A stretch of 42,401 nt of DNA, taken from positions 1 to 42,401 of the forward strand of contig KZ538882.1 in the NCBI GenBank assembly GCA_000934665.2. The letters are read 5' to 3'. Each line of letters opens with the position of its first letter. The stretch's first letter is position 1. The notes beneath the pieces were generated by a model, which made no database searches, had not been told where the DNA came from, and worked only from the letters and a program-made list of their open reading frames with translations. Below are positions 1 through 13,570 of this stretch, one piece after another. A program made the translations under genes and the position numbers. Source of the DNA: Catajapyx aquilonaris. Taxonomy: Eukaryota.

Positions 1-199
1 TAATCTTAATGGAAACTTTTTATCACATCCTGTGTATAACCCCACCACTCCATTTTTTGGGGGTGTCCCAATATTTTCAGATCAGAGCAAGTAGATATAC
101 CAAAATCTTCATATGGAATAATGTTTACAAAAATATGCATAAGGTGACAATGAGCATTGTTCAGTAATTCTATAAAACAAGGTATAAGTTTGTTACAAG

Positions 200-640
200 A
201 ACATAGATGCCGATATTAAAATTATTCTGACTTCATACTCACAATCAGCGCCTCCTAATACATAATAGACGCCAAAAACCAATGTTCCCCAATAAATGAA
301 TAATATTGAGCTATGCAAAGTAGGCCTACTCTCGGTAGAGTAAGGCCTGTTACAAGAAAATGGATAGCGATAGAAATATTTTGACTTCGAATTCAAATTC
401 AGCGCATACGAATACACAATAAAAAGTGAAAATTGCATATTTAACAAAACCATTGTTGACCATATATTAGTCACACTGAGCAATGTGCAGTGTACTTTCC
501 CCAAAATAACTATGGCTGTTTCAAAAAAAAGGAGAGTGATGGACACTTTCTGACTTCATATTCGGAATCAGCGCATATTAATGCATTAGAAACAGCTGAA
601 ATTGTTCATGTGCCAAAAACCCTGCTGACTATAGAAGTGT
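200..640. repeat. Three degenerate ~160-170-bp tandem units, probably a non-autonomous DNA transposon remnant
   Basis: The motif TT(C/T)TGACTTC..ATTC....TCAGCGC recurs at ~224, ~380 and ~548. Each is followed by an AAAACC..TG.T..C.A motif (~274, ~447, ~615). The transposon origin is inference. Confidence 0.55.
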
Positions 641-689
641 TATCTGAATAAATACGCGCCGTATTACACTGCAATATACAACTTTCTCC

Positions 690-1112
690 TACAATTACAT
701 CCTGAATCAAAAATTCCTTTCCATAATTCCAACACCCAAATTCTTGCGGTCAGTCAATGTTTTACCAGGCTCTTAAATCACATAAAAATTGTAGCCAAAA
801 ATAATTTATCAACTCCATGCACCCCCACTTTATAAGATACAATATATTTTGCATGCAGTTTTCATGTTAAATTTTCCAAGTTATTAGACCCTATTTGTTA
901 GAGCTTTTCATATAATTTTGTGCAACATTTTTTGTGAAAATTTATCGATCTATATTTTCCGCCATTTTTGGCAAGCTAACAAGAGTGCAAAAGAAAAGAA
1001 AAAAAAAGCCGGAAACTGTGTCCTCGATATTTCGTTTTCAGTCATGTGAAAAAGTGACATCAGAGAGAACCGCCCAATGTTATGCAATACAGTCACGTGA
1101 ATAACAGGAACC
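690..1112. repeat. Non-coding duplicated block, copy A (paralogous to ~7053-7480)
   Basis: Long shared stretches such as GAATCAAAAATTC, AAATCACATAAAAATT.TAGCCAAAAATAATTTATCAACT, CCCCACTTTATAAGATACAATATATTTTGCAT, GGAAACTGTGTCCTCGATATTT and CAGTCACGTGAAT occur in the same order and orientation. Confidence 0.9.
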
Positions 1113-3009
1113 ACCCACAAAAAAAACGTCGTAAAAATTCCGCGTCACACATTCAACTAATCAATAAATCAAGTAGACCTTGCACAAAATAATAATCAAG
1201 ATCGGAAGCTACCGGTGACTGTTGACATTTTAGACGTGGCATCGATAAGAAATGATAATAATTGGAAACCGAGTTCATTAATCCCTAGAGAGGAAATGTT
1301 ACAGGAAACGGGCACCTGACATTCTACACAAGTAATGACAGCATTATGACACTCATTTGCATGCGATAAATATTCACGTCATGCTGAGTACCGCCAATTG
1401 TTATCAGGTCATTCACCTAAAATTAAAGGGGCGATGTATATGCCCTGATCGGCACATTACCGAAAAGTTGGTAAATTTTGATTTCAATGCCGATAAAGTG
1501 CATTATCTCTACCTTGGACCATTTTTGCCACTAAAAATGCGAAGCAAATGGTATTACGTCACTGACAGTAATAGCCCGTAGCTTATTGGCACTCTTGCCA
1601 ACTACAGCGCACATGTTTTACTTACAATATATTGGTGTGAGGAAAATCACTTGTTCACTCTAAATTGGTGACAACAATCCAGTGCAAGGCGCTGTGTCCA
1701 CTTGTTCCAACGCACTTTCCACAGCGAGTGTTCCACTTCGACTGATTTAAACTCTAGCTGAGCTGCTAGCAGACGTACGTGGTCTCAAGGCTGCCAGAGA
1801 AGGAGTACTGGAAATAACGATTTGGGAGCCGGCTTTTATGTAATCCGCCCTCCTCTGATGATGACGACTCACGTGCCGTATATGCGCGCGCTTCATGTTT
1901 ATATGAGAGTTTCCTAGCATTCGTATGACTCATTCATGCTCCGTGGTGCAATGCAAAAGATCACGAGTCAATGATTTTGCCGAAGAAAAACAGCAATATT
2001 AACTCACTAGTCAGACGAAAAGTATGCAAACTTGTGTGATGATGAGTTTTTGCTAGTAGTTTTATTATGTAACTTACATGATGAAAATGTCACTATATTT
2101 TTCATTTTTTCATGCGTGGACATGTTTGCAAGCGCATTCATATTTATGCCATAATTTTATGGATCATTGAATAATATTCATGGTGCAGTTCTTCCGAAAA
2201 ATTCTAACAATAAATTCTCAATCTGTTTAATTTTAAATGCATGGTTTGCATCACAATTTTGGTTTGAAAATAAATTGTGTTTCACAATGAAGCATAGTAC
2301 TTAATTATGTTTTACAAAACATTTCTTAAATGAACAGGATTATGATACATACCGTAATTAAAATATACAAAAAAGTCTCAAACATAATAATTAGCGAAAA
2401 TGAACAATAAATTATCTGCCACATCCAGGTCCATTAAACAGTTAATTGCGAGAAAAAAACTACAATGAGATTAGCAATGGAGGAAACCCAAGTCACATAA
2501 TATCAATAAATATGTACATAGACGTATTTAAAAATTAGGACACAAATTGATGGAATAGCTTACCAAGTACAACATGCTGTTTAATTGCACTCTTAGTGGC
2601 AGTACGTCTACCACTAGTGTTTTCCGTCATTCATATAAGTGGTGTCTAATTTTTTAACCATTAATTCTTCTTCTTCTGTTAAGTGGTTCCCTTTGCCTTG
2701 GGTAATTCATCTCCTCTTTTAAGAAGTGAATCTGAATTGTCATCTTGCTCTTTTTGGCTACAATTATTATCAGGTCTCCTTAAGGACAATACACATTTTT
2801 TACCATTATTATTCACATTTTATTTTTCATATTGATGCAAATGTGCAATGCAAATCCTACAAAATAATACTAGCCTGCATTACATACAGAAATTTCAAGC
2901 AATGATTTAATTCTTGCAAGAATAAATAGAGCATAACAGGCAACTGCAAGAGTTTTTTAAAAAAAATATCACTCATGGTGCTGATTTTTAAATACAATAA
3001 GTCTAAACG

Positions 3010-3290
3010 CCAGGATGAGAGAATGTCCCAGGGAGACACGAATTTCAGGAGTGGCTTTAAGTTTATTACCTAGGGTGGGATGTGCTGGAAATAACCCAAA
3101 TGTGCATATCTAATGCATCAGAATATATCTTACACTGTAAACATGTCGATGTGTTCACACAGTGAACCATTTCACATTATTACAAGCTGGTAACATCTCT
3201 ATTAGCAAGAGTAGTAGAATAAGAACATTTCTAATAATATTGTAAAAAATATTTTACAAGGCAGTATTGCAGTCTTGTTGATACTTAATG
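3010..3290. repeat. 3' UTR/flank of VWA5A-like copy 1, paralogous to the 3' flank of copy 2 (~9683-9960)
   Basis: Shared motifs ACACGAATTTCAG, ATCAGAATA...TGTAAACATG, AGAATAAGAACATTTCTAATA and GCAGTCTT.TTGATACT in the same order. A minus-strand AATAAA lies at 3062-3067. Confidence 0.8.
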
Positions 3291-3329
3291 CTAGCAGATT
3301 ATACAAAAACATTTAATGTAATAAGTGAT

Positions 3330-6300
3330 TCAAATGGTCTTCTCAGTGATTCCCTTTGCCTTCAGGAATTCCTCAGCTTTCTTCAGAAGAGAATCTGAAT
3401 CTGGAGATGACTTGGACAACCACTTCTTGCTCTTGGCAGCAGCCAGTTCCCAGGTCTCCTTCCTGGACTCCATGGCCACCTCCATGAACTTGATGGCCAG
3501 GGCCGTCACCCAACAAGAAAGGTCAGCTCCACACTGTTTACCAGCTGAAATCATATTACCAACATTTTAGAATATACCGTACTGTATATATTACATCTGT
3601 AACCATATATCTTACCATCTTGCACTTCCTGCCAGTCGGCCCCTATGGCCTTGGCAAGCTCTGGATCAGCTGAAAAACTGCCATCAAATCTGATGAAGGA
3701 TAACACTTGCTCCAGTTTGTCTACTGGCTGTGGTTCAGTGGTAAACTTCACTTCCTCCTCCTGTACCTCCACATCATCCAATTCATCGTCAACGGCCGAT
3801 AGGCAGACTACCTTGAGACAGTCTGCCTTTTCCATTACAGGCGCACTAAAGCCGCGTCCACAACATAAAAACATTCCCTTTGGTGGTGCTGGTGCACATC
3901 TTTTATTCTTCCTCCTCGAGCTCATCACACATGGTGCCACGGCCAAGGACCCCATCCCCATGGCCCCCATCAAATCAAATCCATGTGCAATCTGACTGGC
4001 CACCTGCCTGGTCTGAATCGCCCACAGCTCCTTGTCTGAACCCTGTTTGTGAGGATCGATGGCCACGAATGAAGTGTGAGACGACACCAGTCCATACTTG
4101 ATCCCAAGCTTGACTATCTCTTCCTTTAGTTTTTCCTCAGAAGGTTCAGAGATGACTGAATGAAGCAGGCTCGTCCCTTCCTCCAAGTCACGGATCAGTT
4201 TGCGGGCTGCCAATCTGGAAACAAGATTTGCAATAATAAATTATAGGCATTGTTATTTTATTATTGAGTATGGAATTAATTGACATTTTCAGGATTGTTA
4301 GGTTTAGGCTTGAAGTGTGTTTTATTAAAGTCACAGTGTTACTAATGCAAAAATAACTTACTTGTGCACGAGGTCCCCTTGAACAACATCTTCCTCTTTC
4401 ACACTGACTGTAGTCGTCAGTGGTCCATCTGGTGACTTGGCCGTGATGGTGACACCTGTGGGAACACTCCCATCCTCCCAAATGCAGTACACCAGCAACC
4501 TGGAGCCATCAAACACTGGCGGAATCTGAAATGTACCGGGAATGTAATTAGTACTGACATTGTTACATAAACGCTACAGTTTACTCTGGTAGACATGAGA
4601 AGGCCTGGACATACATGAAATGGAGCTCCTTTTGGTCCCTTCAGTGCATCTTCAGTAGTATTTTTCTGCTCAGCTGGCTTCCGGTAACCCAACAATGTCT
4701 TTTCTGTCACAACTTTAGAATCTGGTTTTGACGAGGCAGAGGAGACTCCTTCCCAGCTCACAGACACCTCTGCAGAACACAAGGTAGTATAAATAAATTA
4801 TTGCTCATCTGACGTTTAACAGAGCTTCTGTCATCTTGAATATTTCCAATGACATGTACCAGTTGTGAATGTGATGAAGTGTGGATAATGTGGCAAAATG
4901 CATTGCAATTCTCACCTGAGAGTGACGGAAAAAGTGCGTTCTTGAGCTGCCTCTGCACCTTTGGCTCTAAGGCTTCCCTGTATGTTGCGTACTCTGCTGT
5001 TCCTCCTCCAGCACGAGCTATCCCTCCAATCAAGTGGTGAGAAGCACTGTCACCAATTCCGAGGGAGAAAACCCGGGTGTTGTGGCAGTTCTGCTTCACC
5101 AGTTTGATCACCTCGTTTGTGTTGCTGACCTGTGATGAAGAGGTGGGATGGTAAGCTTGAGTTCAAGAATTTAAATGCAGTAAAATATGACTCACCTTTC
5201 CATCAGTCAGTACAAAGAGTTGCCGGAGGTATCCCTTGACTGGTTCCTGTCCAAATATTTCCTTCAGTGGGTGGAATATCGCAGTACCAAATAGATCTGC
5301 ATCAAGACTACTGGCGTGACTGATGGCTGTCTTCAGTGACCCGTCCTCATACTTGACACTCTTTGGGAACAGAAGCTCGTGGCTGCTTCCGAAGCCAACA
5401 ATGTTAAAGTAACAGTCCATCGGCAGGGATCGAAGAAAGAGCTAAGGGAGGAGATAATATATCATTAGCATACTTTCCATTTCTCTGCTGGAACAGTCTT
5501 GCCAGCTCCTATTTCTACATACTGGTATTACTTACTGTATGTATAGCAAATGCTCATACACATGGTGAGTCATGTGAAGTTAAGAGAAATGAAACAGTAG
5601 CTGCCAAGAATACAGATCGGTACGGGACATTATAGTCACATTACTGTGGTGAAACAATGTGTAACATACAGTAAGAGCCCTCTTGGCCTGTTGAATGCTT
5701 TCGCCCATCATGGATCCTGATCTATCCAGGAGGAAAACTAGTTCGGCTGGCTGCTCATCCAAGTTGAAACTAGGCACGAGGCTCACGAAGGCAGCTGCGC
5801 TCATCTCTAGTCTCTGTAAAATGGAGTTATAATATGTATTAATACTTATAGTCTTCACTATGTTAATATTAATGTGGATGTTCCAGAAGCAAAAGCAGGA
5901 GGCTAACCTCGATGCAAACCCGTGGCTGATGAGGGTTCTCAGTGGCCACCAAGAGTATGAAATCCCTGTCCATGTCTGTTGTTTGACCTGTGAGAGACGC
6001 TTTTCCAGAATAAAAACCACCCTCACAAAGCAGGGTATTTGCAGTGTCTGTGGTGATTGTATGTGTTGGTGACTCCATGCTAACGATCTTGGACTTCATT
6101 TCACATTCGACTAAAATCTTCATGGGAGCTGGGGATGACCTGGAATGTTTATGACAGTGTTAACTTCTTGTAATGAAAATATACTGTCTGTCTAACTGCA
6201 TGCATGTAGATGTTCCTTACAACGAGTATGGAATGTCCCCAATTTCCTTCGCCTCCTGACTGGTGTCCGACTCTGGAATGTACCTAGGGGCGATGGTGGT

Positions 6301-6774
6301 TGGAAGGAAGAACCTGAGGGCCTTCCCCTCCGCGGATGTCTCTGTGAGATAGACCAGCCTGACCTTGGCCTGTGCCCCTGGAGAGAGGTTCCCCACCTTG
6401 ACCTGGAAGATGTCCGGCTTGTTCTCCGAGGCCAGGAAGGCCGTCTGCCTCTTCTCCATGGCCTCCTCGTACTGCTTCTTGGCCTCTTCTTTCTCCTTCA
6501 CCTCTCCCTTCACAGTCCTTCCGTCCAGTTCTGCCTGGAACTGGACCACGCTGGCCTCCTCGTCCAGTGGGAACATGTACACCGCCTCCACCGGACCCTT
6601 CTCCTTGTTCTTGTAAGTCTGCTCAAGGGTGACCTCCGCCACAAAGTCCACCAGACGAGCCTTAACAGACACTTCCTTCAGCGGAATGGGGACAATCTTC
6701 TCTTCCTCTCCGCACAAGATGATGACCAGGCCACATTCTCTGGGACATTTGCTCAGGGACACATTGGGAGCCAT
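3330..6774 (-). CDS. VWA5A: VWA5A-like protein (VIT-VWA-variable linker-C-terminal helical domain), array copy 1, ~840 aa, 9 coding exons
   Basis: Exons 6221-6774, 5908-6139, 5670-5813, 5196-5441, 4916-5129, 4615-4769, 4362-4525, 3616-4214, 3330-3544; all GT-AG and phase-consistent (2523 nt). VIT motifs PLKEVSV..EAVYMFPLD..DIFQVKVGNL. VWA MIDAS DRSGS..T..TDG. RVFSLGIG..ARAGGG. C-terminal W.TAL..WEL..K..KWL. No signal peptide. Confidence 0.92.
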
Positions 6775-7052
6775 GTTTTCTGTAAAATCCTAGTCACATA
6801 TATTAAAGCACGATAAGTCTGATGAGACAAACAGCATTTCAGTGTCAAGCAAAGACTATAAATATGGGAACTTCATCGTGTTCTCTCCAAATACCATGAA
6901 GCGAAACTCTGGACTCGGGAAGAGCCCCCCATTATCTGAATACCCGGTAAACGCCTGGCATAGCTTGGTTCACATAATTATGTGCGGCATAAATTTTTGT
7001 TTGGCAAAGTTGCCATAAATTACTCCTTGTGCAAAACCAGATGTTCTTATAT

Positions 7053-7480
7053 ATAATTCCATCTTGAATCAAAAATTCATTTCCATATAATTCCAAACCC
7101 AAATTCTTGCTGTCAGTCAACGTTTTATCAGACCCATAAATCACATAAAAATTATAGCCAAAAATAATTTATCAACTGTATGCACCGCCATGTACCCCAC
7201 TTTATAAGATACAATATATTTTGCATTCAGTTTTCATGTCATATTTTCCCTAAGTTATGACGTGTCTTAGACCATATTTGTTAGCTTCATATTTTGTGCA
7301 AAGCTTTGTGTGAAAATTTTCCAATCCATTGTTTCAGCCATTTTTGGCAAGCTAATGAGCATGCAAAAAAAGAGTTGGAAACTGTGTCCTCGATATTTAG
7401 TTTCAGTTGTGTGAAAAAGTTACATCAGAGAGAAACACCCAATGTTATGCAATATACAGTCACGTGAATTACAGGAACAC
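7053..7480. repeat. Non-coding duplicated block, copy B (upstream of VWA5A-like copy 1)
   Basis: Collinear near-identity with 690-1112 at an offset of ~6.4 kb. Confidence 0.9.
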
Positions 7481-8049
7481 CCCTTTCCAGTGACATTATA
7501 CATGAAGTGCACAACGTTCGTAATAGTAAGCCTAAGAAGTGAGGCGAATAAAGCCCCTCTTTTTTTGTCCTATAGCGACCCTTACCAATAATATTTTTTT
7601 TATATACATCATATTTCCATCAGCCACAATGAGACACAAATATTTATGCAGGATGGATACAAATATCGTCCTTCCCTTTGAGAACCAGGTTGCTCTCATG
7701 ATTTCTCTCATATTCATGTGTAGAGTATTGATATTTCCACATTAATAAAGGTAGCGAGCGCTGAAAAGGGGTTGCCGACCACCTTAAGGTTGAGAGCTGC
7801 TGATAATATGAAGGGCCTAAAAAATGGAAAATTCCATGTGTGTACACTTTCATAAAATTATCTGTATCTGTACGTATGCAAAATTATATTTAAACAATTA
7901 TCATAAGACTAACCTCCATATCAGGGCTAATGTATAACCCTCATTAGAAATGTGTATGAATATCGTGTTCAGGAATTAATCCAATTCCCAATTAGTTGTC
8001 CCATTTTATATAGACTACTACAGTATCAAAATACATAATTATGCAAATT

Positions 8050-8140
8050 AATTATATACAAATATTCCGACATCCTAAAAAAATTCAACATTTCCGGTTC
8101 CAAGCGTTTCGGATATCTGTATATCGGAAAGGCTAATTGA
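8050..8140 (-). mobile_element. Possible pogo/Tigger-like DNA transposon terminal fragment
   Basis: The minus strand reads ATATCCGAAACGCTTGGAACCGGAAATGTT...CGGAATATTTGTATAT, which resembles Tigger4/Zombi-type subterminal sequence as I recall it. No second end or TSD found. Confidence 0.35.
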
Positions 8141-9682
8141 GGTGAAATGGGCAATTTGGAATAGAACAACTTGATTAGTAATTGTAAATTCGATATTTCT
8201 GGATTGTGGTACATCCAATATTGTTTGAATACTGTCCAACATCTTTCCAATTCACACAGTACAAAGCAAGGGCAAGACTAGTAAATGCACTATAATAATA
8301 ATAATTCAATACTGAAGTAATCGTGGAAAACCAATAATATTACACCAATATTATTTCAGTGTACCTTGAATTCTGTAACAGGGGCGGCGCAGAGTAGAAA
8401 ACCTCAAAACACTCACACTGGACGCTATGCACTGCACTCTACCTTCACCAGCTGAATGCAACACTAACTTGCACAGTCTGGGAAGGTCCAAGATAGTGCT
8501 GGAGAACTTCCTTCCTTCCCATTTCTTTCCTCCTTTTCCTCCCCCTCTTTCGAAACCGATGAAGGAAATAGTGGAGGAAGCCCTGGTCCTATGATCCCAT
8601 CAACAGGAAACAAGGGCTTATGGAATGGTGATACCGCCCTTTTCCTCCCTTGAGCTTCCTCCTCTCAACTCTCAATCTTGTGCCTAAGCCTACTTCCTGT
8701 CTCGTAATTATTGATTATTATTTGTTTGCTATTTTGTATGCCTATTTGTCGCCCCTTGAAATCTGCCACCCTAGGCAACTGCCTAGGTTGCCTTGTCGTA
8801 AGTCCGGTGCTGATTGATACTGTATTACCTCACTTAAAGCGGCATGCCGGTATAACCCGAGGGTGGCCGGCATGCAGCATTAACAGAGGTAGATTTCCAT
8901 AATTTTCATCCTCATCAAATTTTTTGGAATGCTAAAATAATGTTACGGTGAAAAATGTGTGCATACAGGCTGTGAGAACATGGAAGTTCATCTGTTGCAT
9001 AGGGCATAGTGTGTGACCAATCCCATATTCAGGCTACTCTGAGAGAGGAACCCCCCGTAAACATGACAAAGGATCAATGCAAATTCCTTCAGTCCTTTGT
9101 TTTCCTCAATAGTTTGCTAGTAGTATATCACGTCATTTAGAGGATCACTTTGTGTAGTGGTATCAATTTGTCTGATAAGCCTCGTTACTCAGATAATAAA
9201 ATCCAAACTCAGCATATGAAATATCCTGGTAGGTATGCTTCCCTTCTTGAAGCCTTGAACTTTTAATTGAAAACGTTGCCGTGAATTTGAACTTAACGAA
9301 AGATCTTATGGGAGGTGTCATGCAATAGAAGTGTCATGGGCTGTATCCGCACCATAGAACATGATGTAATGCATTCATTTGAGTAATAATAATTTCCACT
9401 GAGATAGTTGTAATACATGCTGTGAAAGAAAACCTTGCCTTATACTGGCATACCTCGCTTAGACCGGCACGCCGGTATAGCCGCCAGATCATGCATTTCT
9501 TAAAACTGGTCGATCTCGACTACACTGACATGCCACTTTAACAAATTCTGTTTTGCATGAGGTACAGTGATGGTAAGCTATAATTTAATTTTTGGAGGAA
9601 TAAATTCTGTAGTGTCATATAGATAAAAGTTCTCATATCACTCAGAGTGCTGAATTGCAAGTACTGTACAACAAGGGTAAAA

Positions 9683-9960
9683 CCCAGGATAATGTACCAG
9701 AGGAACACGAATTTCAGCAGTGGATTTCAGTCTATCTAGACTGGGATGTGGTGATAAGGAGGTGCTAGAAATAATCAGAAAGTGCACGTCTAACTAATCA
9801 GAATACATTTTACATTGTAAACATGATGTATTCACCCAGTGAACAGTTTAAAATGATCAATCATGTAAAATCTCAGTCACAAAGAGGAGCAGAATAAGAA
9901 CATTTCTAATACTGTAAACAATATTTCCCAAGGCTCCAGCATGCAGTCTTCTTGATACTA
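9683..9960. repeat. 3' flank of VWA5A-like copy 2, paralogous to ~3010-3290
   Basis: Same ordered motifs as the copy 1 3' flank; offset ~6.7 kb. Confidence 0.8.
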
Positions 9961-10087
9961 CTTCTCGCAAGCAGCCAGATCATCCAGGCAAGACTTTAAT
10001 AAGGGCACTTTTGCATTTGGGTGCATATTAAGCTTTATATCACGCCGATAGGATGATTTGCTACTTGTAAAAATGCCTGTAAGTTAT

Positions 10088-13000
10088 TCAATCAGTCTTT
10101 TCCTTTGCCTTCAGGAATTCCTCAGCTTTTTTCAGAAGAGATTCTGAATATAGAAAGGACCTGGACAACCACTCCTTGCTCTTCTTGGCAGCCAGTTCCC
10201 AGATCATCTTGCTGGACTGCATGGTCATCTCCATGAACTTGATGGCCAGAGCTGTCATCCAACAGGACAGGTCAGCTCCACTTTGATTACCAGCTGAAAT
10301 AATGTTAGCAACATTTTAGAATATATAATTACGTCTGGAACTGTGCATCTTACCATCCTGCACTTCCTGCCAGTCGACCCCTATGGCCTTGGCAAGCTCT
10401 GGATCAGCTGTAAAATTCCCATCACATTTGATGAAGGACATGACCAGCGCAAGTTTTTTCCTAGACTCTGGTGCAACAGTAGGTGGCTCTGGACCATATC
10501 CACCTCCACACATGGGATATATCTTCCAACAAGAGGTGCCTCCCGTTGGAGATGTGACATAGTACATCAGCCTTATCATGCGCCCTTGTCCGCCCCAGCC
10601 ATTTGCGATCTGACTGGCCACCTGTCTGGTCTGAATGGCCCACAGCTGACCATTGTCTGACAAACACTGTCTGCGAGGATCGACAGCTATGAATGACGTC
10701 TGCGATGACACCAGACCATACTTGAGGCCCAGCTTAACTATCTCTTCCTTCAGTCTTTCCTCACAGCGTCCCAGAATTATGGAATGAAGCAGACTCGTAC
10801 CTTCCTCCAAGTCGCGGATCAATTTGCGGGCTGCCAACCTGGAATAAATGGTTGCAATTATAGGAAGGCCTGTTTACGATGGGGTTAGGTTCCAGCCAAG
10901 CTGGGTCGTCAAATGAAATACCATATTAAACCCTACATGTATACAAGTAGTGCTCGTTTTATGTCAGGGATGTGTTCCAGCATTAGAGCGGCATAAGTAA
11001 ATTAGCAATTATAGCGTACGTGAATGAGATTGGTTACAAAATTAAATGGCATAAAACTAGGCGGTATAAAATGGGCAATACTTATCCATACACATTTGGA
11101 GATCATTAAATGATAATTATACTAACTTATGCACAAGATCCCCTTGAACAAAATCTTCCTCTTTCACTCTGACCGATGTGGTCAGTGGTCCGCATTGTGA
11201 ATTGGCCGTGATGGTGACACCCGTGGGGACACTCCCATCCTCCCAAATGCAATATACGAGCAAGCGGGCTCCAAAATACATGGAGGGAATCTGAAAAATT
11301 ATTTTAGTGCCAATTTTACACAATAACAATTTCATAATCCATGAAAGAATATTAGTCCAGTTCATACGTGGAATGGAGCTCCTTTTGGTCCATTAAGTGC
11401 ATCTTCAGTCATATTTTCCTGCTCAGTTGGCTTCCGGTAACCCAGCAGAGTCTTTTCTCTCACAACTTTATATTTTGGTTTTGAGGCAGAGGAAAGTCCT
11501 TCCCAGCTCACAGAGACCTCTGAATAACCAATTCATAGCATTGGGCATGAGGCATTGAAGGTGTTTTAAAGGGGTTTAAAGTCTAATTTTTGGCACTTAG
11601 AGCCTTACGTATGTCTACTCGTCAATAATTATTCTCACCTGAGAGGGATGGATAAAGTGCGTTTTTGAGCTGCCTCTGCACCTTTGGCTCCAGTGTCTCG
11701 TTGAATGTTGCGTACTCTGCTGTTCCTCCTCCAGCACGAGCTATCCCTCCAACCAGGTGGTGAGAGACACTGTTACCAATTCCAAGGGAGAACACACGGG
11801 TGTTGTGGAAGTTCTGCTTCACCAACTTGATCACCTCGTCTGTGTTGCTCACCTTCAGAGATGAGGAACAGTGGCCAGATTGAGTTCAATGAAAATGTGG
11901 GAAATTATGACTCACCGCTCCATCAGTCAGTACAAATAGTTGTCGCAGGTACCCCTTGACTGGTTCCTGCCTGAATATTTCCTCGAGCGGGCGGAATATC
12001 TCGGTACCACCCAGATCTGCCTCAATCCTGCTCACGTGACTGATGGCTGTATACAGTGTCCCATCCTCATACTTGACACTCCTTTCGAATAAACACTCAT
12101 GATGGCTTCCGAAGCCAATGATGTTAAAGTAACAGTCTGTCGGCAGCGATTGAAGAAAGAGCTAGGAGAGGAAACATGTCGTTAGTACTTAGTAACATTA
12201 TGCGAATGTAGGCTGAGCACTCTTGCCAGCTCCTATTGTGTAATTGCAATATTATATATGTGTAATGGGAATATCTACAGTAGCGTTATAAGCGGGATGG
12301 CCTGCCTACACCACTCCTGCTGCCTCTACCGCTGGTACTGTATATCAGCCGTGTAATGTACAGGGATAAGAAAGGAAATAGCAGATGCCAATACTGCAGA
12401 TTGTAACAAGGCATTATTGGATTAAAACAATGTGCAACTTACAGTAAGAGCCTCCTTGGCCAACCTAATGCAGCCACTCATAGACCCTGATCGATCCAGC
12501 AGAAAAACTAGTTCGGCTGGCTGCTCATCCAGGATGAATCTAGGAACGAGGCTTACGAAGGCTGCTGTGCTCTTCTCTGATTTCTGTAAAACAAAGTTAT
12601 ATTCATCGATACTTATAGTTTTCATTATATTAATGCAGATGTTCGATTTGTAATAATAGGAAGCTTACCTCGACGCAAACCCTTGGCTGATGAGGGTTCT
12701 CAGTGGTCACCAAGAGAATGAAATCCCTGTCCATGTCCATACTTTGACCTGTGAGAGACGCACTGGCAGAATAAAAACCTCCTTCATGAAGCAGTGTGTT
12801 TCCTATGTCTGTGGTGACCGAATGTGTTGGTGACTCGATGCTGATGATTTTTGACTTCATTTCACATTCAACTGAAATCTTCATGGGAGCTGGGGATGAC
12901 CTGCAATGTTTTAAACGGTGCAATAAAATACTGATTGTTGCCTGCATGTAGATGTTCCTTACAATGAGTAGAGCATGTTGAAGATTTCCTTGCTCTCCTG

Positions 13001-13519
13001 ACTGGTGTCCGACTTGGGGATGTACCTACGGGCGATGGTGGTTGGAAGGAAGAACCTGAGGGCCTTCCCCTCAACGGATGTCTCTGTGAGATAGACCAGC
13101 CTGATCATGACCTGATCCCCTGGAGAGAGGTTCCCCACCTTGACCTGGAAGATGTCCGGCTTTTTCTGCATGGTCAGGAAAGAGGCCTGCTTCTTCTTCA
13201 ACGCCTCCTCATACTGCTTCTTGGCCTCCTCCTTCTCCTTAATTTCTCCTTTGACCGTCCTTCCGTCGCCCAAGTCCGCCTGGAACTGGACCACGCTGGC
13301 CTCCTCGTCCAGCGGGAACATGTACACCGCCTCCACCGGACCCTTCTCCTCGTTCCTGTAGGTCTGCTCAAGGGTGACCTCCGCCACGAAGTCCACCAGA
13401 CGAGCCTTAACAGACACTTCCTTCAGCGGAATGGGAAAGATCTTGTCTTCTTCTCCGCGCAAGAACATGACCAGGCCACATTCCAGGGGATAATCGCTGA
13501 GGACCGTCTTGGGGGCCAT
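10088..13519 (-). CDS. VWA5A: VWA5A-like protein, array copy 2, ~798 aa, 9 coding exons
   Basis: Exons 12963-13519, 12669-12900, 12443-12583, 11916-12161, 11639-11852, 11368-11519, 11127-11290, 10354-10838, 10088-10293; GT-AG, frame intact (2397 nt). MIDAS DRSGS..GGTE..TDG retained. Confidence 0.92.
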
Positions 13520-13539
13520 TGTCTCTGTAAATTCTGAGG

Positions 13540-13570
13540 CAGTGCTTCTCAACTGGGGTTCTGCAAGAAA
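13540..13570 (+). mobile_element. Possible hAT-type MITE terminus just upstream of the copy 2 first coding exon
   Basis: CAGTGCTTCTCAACTGGGGTTC resembles the CAGTG.TTCTCAA termini of hAT/Charlie non-autonomous elements. The matching end was not clearly found. Confidence 0.3.

Noticed and set aside
200..640. CRISPR-like repeat-spacer array
   Set aside because: Only three degenerate units with a ~160-bp period and similar inter-motif sequence, in a eukaryotic context without cas genes.
1620..1845. Possible minus-strand promoter and 5' UTR exon (CATAAAAG at ~1833-1840, GTAAGT at ~1620-1625) of a gene left of the window
   Set aside because: The signals are short and common; unsupported without transcript data.
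4050..4070. IDPH in copy 1 as an ITIH-type GDPH autocleavage site; array as inter-alpha-trypsin inhibitor heavy chains or PARP4
   Set aside because: The motif is not conserved (DPR, DPR, DPE, DSR) and precedes rather than follows the linker. There is no signal peptide, and no BRCT or PARP domain.
8379..8812. Possible non-autonomous DNA element bounded by CAGGGGCGG...CCGGTGCTG with an internal AGGCAAC/GTTGCCT hairpin
   Set aside because: The termini match poorly and no target-site duplication is visible.
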